In this document: piece after piece, positions 57,841-64,000 of the stretch
Layout: each line of letters opens with the position of its first letter
Position numbering within the stretch: the first letter of the stretch is position 1
DNA from: Schmidtea polychroa
Taxonomy: Eukaryota
Length of the DNA stretch: 64,000 nucleotides
Direction of reading: 5' to 3'
NCBI GenBank assembly: GCA_044892525.1
Contig: CM097886.1
Coordinates: 139,376,001 to 139,440,000, forward strand
Position numbers and translations under genes: made by a program
Notes under the pieces: generated by a model
The model's database searches: none
What the model saw: only the letters and a program-made list of their open reading frames with translations
What the model was told of the DNA's origin: nothing

Positions 57841-59956
57841 TAGTCTGATTAAGTAATTTATTATTTGTAATATTTGAAGGTAAAATTAAAAGATTTTTAA
57901 AGAATACTTCTCTTTTCACTCGATATAATTAAATAATTAATTTTATGGTATAAATAGTAACGGCTATTATTTTTTTTTGATGCGAGTTTTAGATGTTTTA
58001 TGTTTTTATGCTTTAATAACAATTCATTGAGTAACGTGGAGCTGAAATGTTTCTTACCATGGTGTGAGGGGCCTTCGGGTGCTCAGCCGGTGGGTATGGA
58101 GCATTTCAGTCACGCAGCTGATTCGGGCCGAAATGTGGGGGCTTCCTCACGAGTCCGTCGCTGAAGATGCGCCTAAACTAGTGGGAAATACTAGAGTGAA
58201 GATAAAATCGATGCAGAGTATTGGAAGAGGAGTCGTACTACAACAATGTAGAAGGCAGGAAGTGTCAGGAGTGGGTCTACACAGTGATTGAGGGTGTCGC
58301 ACATTTGGCATAGTTAGCAATTTCTTAACCGATCTTAAACTATCTCTACATTTGGAAAATTCACACAAAATTCGTCACTTCACCCTAATCATTTCTTCAC
58401 ACAAGTAAAAGTATAAGAGCTCAGCTATGATAAATTATATTTTAGACCCACTCATTACTCCGAAAATAGATCTCGTCGAGGCGATATCTGAATTAAGACG
58501 TTCTTAGAAGTAACAGCACCATGTGAATTCTTATCTACTCCCCATCACTCACACTAGTACCACTACACGAAATCAAAGTCATTTCCATTTTTTATTATTC
58601 ATCAAAAACCCATAAAATTTTTCGTGCCATTTCTATTCTCCTCGTATAATCTAAAGTAGCGTATGTCCATTTTCATCCTCTCCTCACGTTATAAGCATTC
58701 CAAAAATAAATGCGAAAAACCATTATGTGCACTTTATTTTGAACAACAAAACGAAAAAATCTAAGTTTATTTTGGAAAATAATCCATCGTAGTGTCTGTT
58801 TGCAATACTTAGCATACCATAAGCTAGAGCTGATCTGTGAGTAGCCAGCATGGGAATCCATGAGGAATGAGTTTCTTACTGAATAGTTCCAATCAAACTC
58901 GATACACGCACGGAGAACAGTAGACTGCCAAATTACATCGAACCGTCTTCTCACAACATTAGAACAGTTGCATAATCACGATAGGCACCGTTAATTCCAC
59001 AATTGTATGATAATGGATCATCCCGCTGTGAAATTTGCAGAATAACAAGATGCGAAAATAATCCACAAGCAATGTATGTATAATGAGTAAAAGCACCTGT
59101 GACATGACAAATGTTTGATAGAAAATACACAACTTAGCCCACCGGATGAGATAATACCACTCATGCCGTCTGATGAACATTGAACAACCTAAGCAATTCG
59201 TGAGAATTCACACATGAAATTAACGAGATAATTGCATTCACAGATTTCGGCGTCTACATAAATCTAAACATCGAGATAATAGCATCCAGTAGCATCATGA
59301 AAATCACGACACCGTTATCCACAGGCTAGTCAATTATCAGTTTTTGATACTACCTGCACGTTACCACATGACATAATCACCACTAAGAGCATGTATAACC
59401 AACAGCTGTTCATCATTGCGTGCTCACGAACCGTTATCGGTATTAACATATCGACTAAAATCAGTCCGAGGCATAGATAATTTAAGTATTTCGCTAAGTA
59501 TAACTAATTTAATAATTTTTCAAATATATGTGTATTATCCAATGACCCGAGGTAAAAATAAATAAGGACTAACGTAATTTTGTTTTGCTACGCATCTTAT
59601 TCGGTTATTAATTAATTTTAATGTATCCCTTCCCACTCGGACACCCATGAAATTAATTCCCTTAAACATTCGGGCGTATTTGTCAATTTTCTGGTAAAGA
59701 ATTTCGATGACTAGGGGTGTGATGCCATGGGGTTTTGCCTTTTAAATTTCTTTTATAGAGCTATGCTAGTGCAGTAATAATCGATCGTCTGGGGTGAGTT
59801 TCTCTTGTCGGCATGGTGTTATTGTTTCATAATTGCGCAAACTGTATAGGTGAATCAAAGGAATCATAAGACCACTAATGTTTGTTTTTTATTTGTCTAC
59901 AGATGAAGGGAATTATTGCTAATAACACTCTCAATTTTCTTTTATAACCAACGATT

Positions 59957-60367
59957 ATGAACCCAGTCGCCAAAAATGTTCTCAAGCCTTGCTATTCGTG
60001 CGCAGATAAGAACGTAATCATCAAGGAACTGCAGGTACAAATCGGGCGCAAGATTGACGAATTAGAAGGCACTTGGCTTAGTCCAGTGCAGATGAAGGAA
60101 GTGAAAAAGAAATTGTATAGAAGCGAACACTGCCGAGATAGCCTGATCGCAGAAAGTAGATCTCAACGTAGTATTATTAAGGAGCAATCTGAGGCCCTTC
60201 ATAAGGTTTACTTACAAGCGGCAACAACGCGAAAGATCGTAAGCATTCCGATCAACGAGGAGGTTAATGTATTCCCCACGCATCACGATCAGCCTCTCGC
60301 CAGATCGCACACATCGAAGAAATCCTGCCAAGGGTGGTGTAGAGACGGAGCTCTCGCCCAAATCTAA
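59957..60367 (+). CDS. CxSC/coiled-coil orphan ORF, copy 3 (open, 136 aa)
   Basis: PCYSCADKN...EGTWLSP...EHCRDSLIAESR...EQSEALHKVY...NVFPTHH. Confidence 0.75.
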   Translation: MNPVAKNVLKPCYSCADKNVIIKELQVQIGRKIDELEGTWLSPVQMKEVKKKLYRSEHCRDSLIAESRSQRSIIKEQSEALHKVYLQAATTRKIVSIPINEEVNVFPTHHDQPLARSHTSKKSCQGWCRDGALAQI

Positions 60368-61515
60368 TGACGTAATCATCACGGGCACTAGTAAAGTAAA
60401 CCCAAAAATTGCTTCCACATCTAAAGCACTCCTACTATCAGTTATTCTTCCAAGCCCAAACGGCGACAACTATCTCGGGCCGAACGAAAAAGAAAGCAGA
60501 AGGAGTTGCAGAAAGGGAAAAGAAGCGAGTCTCGGTTGTTGCTGAATCAACGGAAGGTAGTGTTGCTCCTACAAATAGTGTGAACGCCGGAATCTCAGGG
60601 CGCATAATTTCCGCAGCTGGCGTCACATGGGAGGAGAACGCGTCCGAATTTTTCAACCTGGAAGAGTTATTAGCAGAAACGGAATGGGAAAAATGACCAA
60701 GTTCCTTGAGCAAACCGAAGTTTCCAGTCGTAACTCTTGTGATTTCGATGTGATGTTCTGTGTTTTCTTGTAATGTCTGTGTTTTCTCTTGTATATCGAT
60801 AATTTAATAAATCAGTTTTGTTTAAGTCATTGCGTTTTGCTTTATGTATCGGTAAACTTTAGTTTTCTTTTTCGCTACGAGATAATTTGGTTGGCTGACA
60901 CCTTTGAATAGTGCATGATTAGTAACGAACTCAGAAAACGATGAAATGTCGAATGTAGGGGTAGAGTAGGAAGACGTAAGACCTTCTATCGGCAGTCGGG
61001 GAAAGGGAAGTCGAGGCCTCAGAAAGGAGTAGTCCTAAGGCAGGGGTTCACCTGCTTTCTGGTGTCCCGCCGGCATAATACAGGACCAACATGAAGCAAT
61101 TCATGGGTATTATGTTGGAATGCAGATCGTGTGGAGTTCTACTCAAGGTTGACAGAATTATGACCTATGGTAATGTAAGGGGTTATCATCATCTAGGCGG
61201 GACTTAGAAGTCGTTTGAGTCAACCGAGTGGCACCCCAGCAGTTATAGCTAAATAGGTTTCGTGCAATACTCTTGCTCGTGTTTTTATTTTATTTTTAAT
61301 TTATATGTTTTTGTTTGTAGTTTTTTCTCTATTATGTCTGTTTATTTGATGTTTACTATATTTCATTTACTGCTGGATATGCATGTTGTGTACCGAGACA
61401 TTTTGTCACAATCTTAATGTTTGGGTCTAAAATTCAGTTATTTATTTAAGGTACCACAGCGCGACAGATATTTAGAGCCTATATTCAACAATCGGGAAAC
61501 AAATTCATTAACTAT

Positions 61516-62981
61516 CTATTTAATTGCATACACTGCAGTAGGTGTATCTGTAGGTGGGGTAGATTGAGTTATTTGTTCGAGTGTGTCAATGGTCTGTAAT
61601 ATGGTCAAATAGTGGTCTGGGTTTTTCTTAAATCTACTCCAGTGAGCATCGATTAATCTATTTAATTGCTTTTTGAACATTTTATTATTATATTTTGGGC
61701 TATTTGAAGTGGGGGGTTTAGCTATGCGTGGCTCACTGTTATGGTCATGGTTAATAGGGACAGTGTCAATGCATGCGAATCGGCCGCAGGCCGATGAGCT
61801 GCGTCTTCTATCAATAGCTTTGCCCTCCGGAGGGCAAAAAAATTTTTCAGGCATTTTAAATTCTGTGATATTCTGAAATTTACTTAATTTAAACAAATAT
61901 TTATTTATGCTATTTTCGATATTTAAAATTAATTTATTATTGTTGGAATTAATTAAGTTTTCGAAGTAGTTTAAAGTAATTTTATTATTAGGGATTTCAT
62001 AATTATTTTTTATTTTATTGAATTTGGAGTTAAAATTATTATTATTTAAATTATAATTTGGGTTATCTTTATTTGAATTATTGGATTGTGAGTAATTAAA
62101 ATTATTTAAATTATTATATCTAGAATTTGAATTATAATAATTTGTATTATCATTATTTAGATTAAAGGTTTTAAAGTTATTATTGTTAGAGATAGTATTT
62201 GAGTTTGGATTATCTTTATTTAAATTATTGGATTGTGAGTAATTAAATTTATTAGCATTTAAATTATTATATCTAGAATTTGAATTATAATAATTTGTAT
62301 TATCATTATTTAGATTAAAGGTTTTAAAGTTATTATTGTTAGAGATAGTATTTGAGTTTGGATTATCTTTATTTAAATTATTGGATTGTGAGTAATTAAA
62401 TTTATTAGCATTTAAATTATTATATCTAGAATTTGAATTATAATAATTTGTATTATCATTATTTAGATTAAAGGTTTTAAAGTTATTATTATTAGAGATA
62501 GTATTTGAATTATAATTCGGATTATTCTTATTTAATTTATTTGATTGTCAGTAATTAGAATTATTAGGGTTTAAATTATTATATCTAGAATTCTGATTAT
62601 TATTAATATGGTTAGTATTTGAAAAATAATTATATGGATAATTTGTTTTAGAGTTCAAGGTATTCATATCATTGGGGATATTATAAAAGGTATTATTGGT
62701 TTTTATATTTTTGGGAGAAAGAGATTTAAGATAAGAATAGTTGTTATTGAAGGTAGCTTTAGCATCTTTATGAATTAGATTTTTTGAATTATTATAGGAT
62801 TCAAAGCCTTTGAGGGTATTTCTTTGATGGTTTGCTATCGGTTTATTATTTTTTGATGGTATAAAGGCAGATTTTCCCAAGGGGAGCTTATTATACGATG
62901 AATTGGTTTCAAGGAGAGCATCCCTATAGTTGGGCTTATCTGAATTAGAAGATTCACCTCCCCTGTCAATAGGCATATATT
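61516..62981 (-). pseudogene. Asn-rich ORF (~490 codons visible, one internal TGA) with 51-aa tandem repeats
   Basis: Track ORFs 62548-62976 and 61516-61896 are one frame linked by an unreported open stretch. TGA at 62548 sits where the repeats have TCA (Ser). Confidence 0.7.
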
Positions 62982-63616
62982 NNNNNNNNNNNNNNNNNNN
63001 NNNNNNNNNNNNNNNNNNNNNNNNNNNNNNNNNNNNNNNNNNNNNNNNNNNNNNNNNNNNNNNNNNNNNNNNNNNNNNNNNNNNNNNNNNNNNNNNNNNN
63101 NNNNNNNNNNNNNNNNTGGGCTAAATGTCGAGAGTGTTGGAAATCAGGTTACGGATAAATAAACAGGATAAAATAAATTTCACAAAAATCGCGGAGAAAT
63201 ATAAGAATAACTAAATGGGGAAAACAATAAAAGAAATAACAATAGAAAGGAAATAAAAATAACTAATAAAATAATAAAATTTATAAGACGAAAATAAGAT
63301 AGAAAAGGAAAACTACCCAACATACATAACAATAAAAATAAAATAAAATAACAGAATTTAAGGAAAATAAACAAGAAATCAGGAAATAAATAGAAATAAA
63401 ACCATTTTTCAAATAAACGATTAGAATAATTAAAACAAAAAATTATACTATTACCAAATAGCCATAAACTCGCAGGGAAAAACAGGAGAAAAATAAGAAA
63501 AAATAGGAAAATAAATAAAACGATAATAAAAATAAAAGAAGTCATAAAATTCTAGTATATTACATCAAAAAACATGAAAATAAAAATAAATAATAATATT
63601 ACACACAAGGCGCGTC

Positions 63617-63643
63617 CTGATTGGACGAAAAATAATATATAAG
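63617..63643 (+). promoter_or_regulatory. CCAAT (ATTGG) + TATATAAG promoter-like module
   Basis: CTGATTGG then TATATAAG; a similar pair occurs at ~57221-57258. Confidence 0.3.
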
Positions 63644-64000
63644 CAACGTGGAAAAGTAGAAGATCACCACTTTTTAATCCACGATTGCAGGTAAAATTTT
63701 TAAGCTATAATCACCACTTTTTAATCCACGATTGCAGTTTAACTACTACTCTACAGCAAGTCACTTAATTCGAACTCTACAGAGCACCGAATACTACAAG
63801 AATCAATTTTCACCGAGCCTATATCCATTGGCCAACTATTTTCAGAGTTTCATCAGAAAAGGATATACTCTAACAGGAAAACTTAAAACCGATTTTCAAC
63901 ACTCACGAGAACGAAAATTATAGTAAGATGGATGCATTTTATGTTTGTTATATATGAATGTAAATGAGTAAAATATTCTATTTCAATAAACATTTTCGAA

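Noticed and set aside
1-64000. tRNA, rRNA, snRNA or telomeric arrays
   Set aside because: No cloverleaf, rRNA-like or (TTAGGG)n sequence recognised by eye; a covariance-model scan was not run.

Overview
This is AT-rich eukaryotic (animal-like) DNA made almost entirely of nested mobile elements; I recognise no host gene. The long (TA)n/(ATT)n tracts and 41-47 bp introns would fit a planarian-type genome, but that is inference. Three N gaps lie at 34793-35194, 48522-48650 and 62982-63116. Main structures: (1) A near-complete 16.0-kb Maverick/Polinton (26612-42623) with AGTAGT termini, a 6-bp TSD GTTGTC and ~1.3-kb TIRs. It carries pPolB, integrase, packaging ATPase, adenain-type protease, major and minor capsid genes, a divergently transcribed TATA-binding-protein-like gene, and six predicted 41-47 bp GT-AG introns in four genes, one next to the integrase catalytic Asp. 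(2) The 3' part of a large Ty3/Gypsy element (5139-~17097): RNase H-integrase running in frame into a type-I membrane protein, then a 642-aa ORF with an apparently catalytically dead REX4/ISG20-like DEDDh exonuclease domain whose C-terminus is encoded inside the LTR. Four more copies of this LTR start occur in the window. (3) A young 6.1-kb Gypsy element (7837-13966, minus strand, 700-bp LTRs with one difference, TSD CAGTC) nested in (2), with a multiply broken pol. (4) Two solo LTRs of another family, several hAT MITEs/fragments, a TG...CA inverted-repeat element hosting the Maverick, and several families of small orphan ORFs. Domain calls come from motif recognition by eye; no searches were run.
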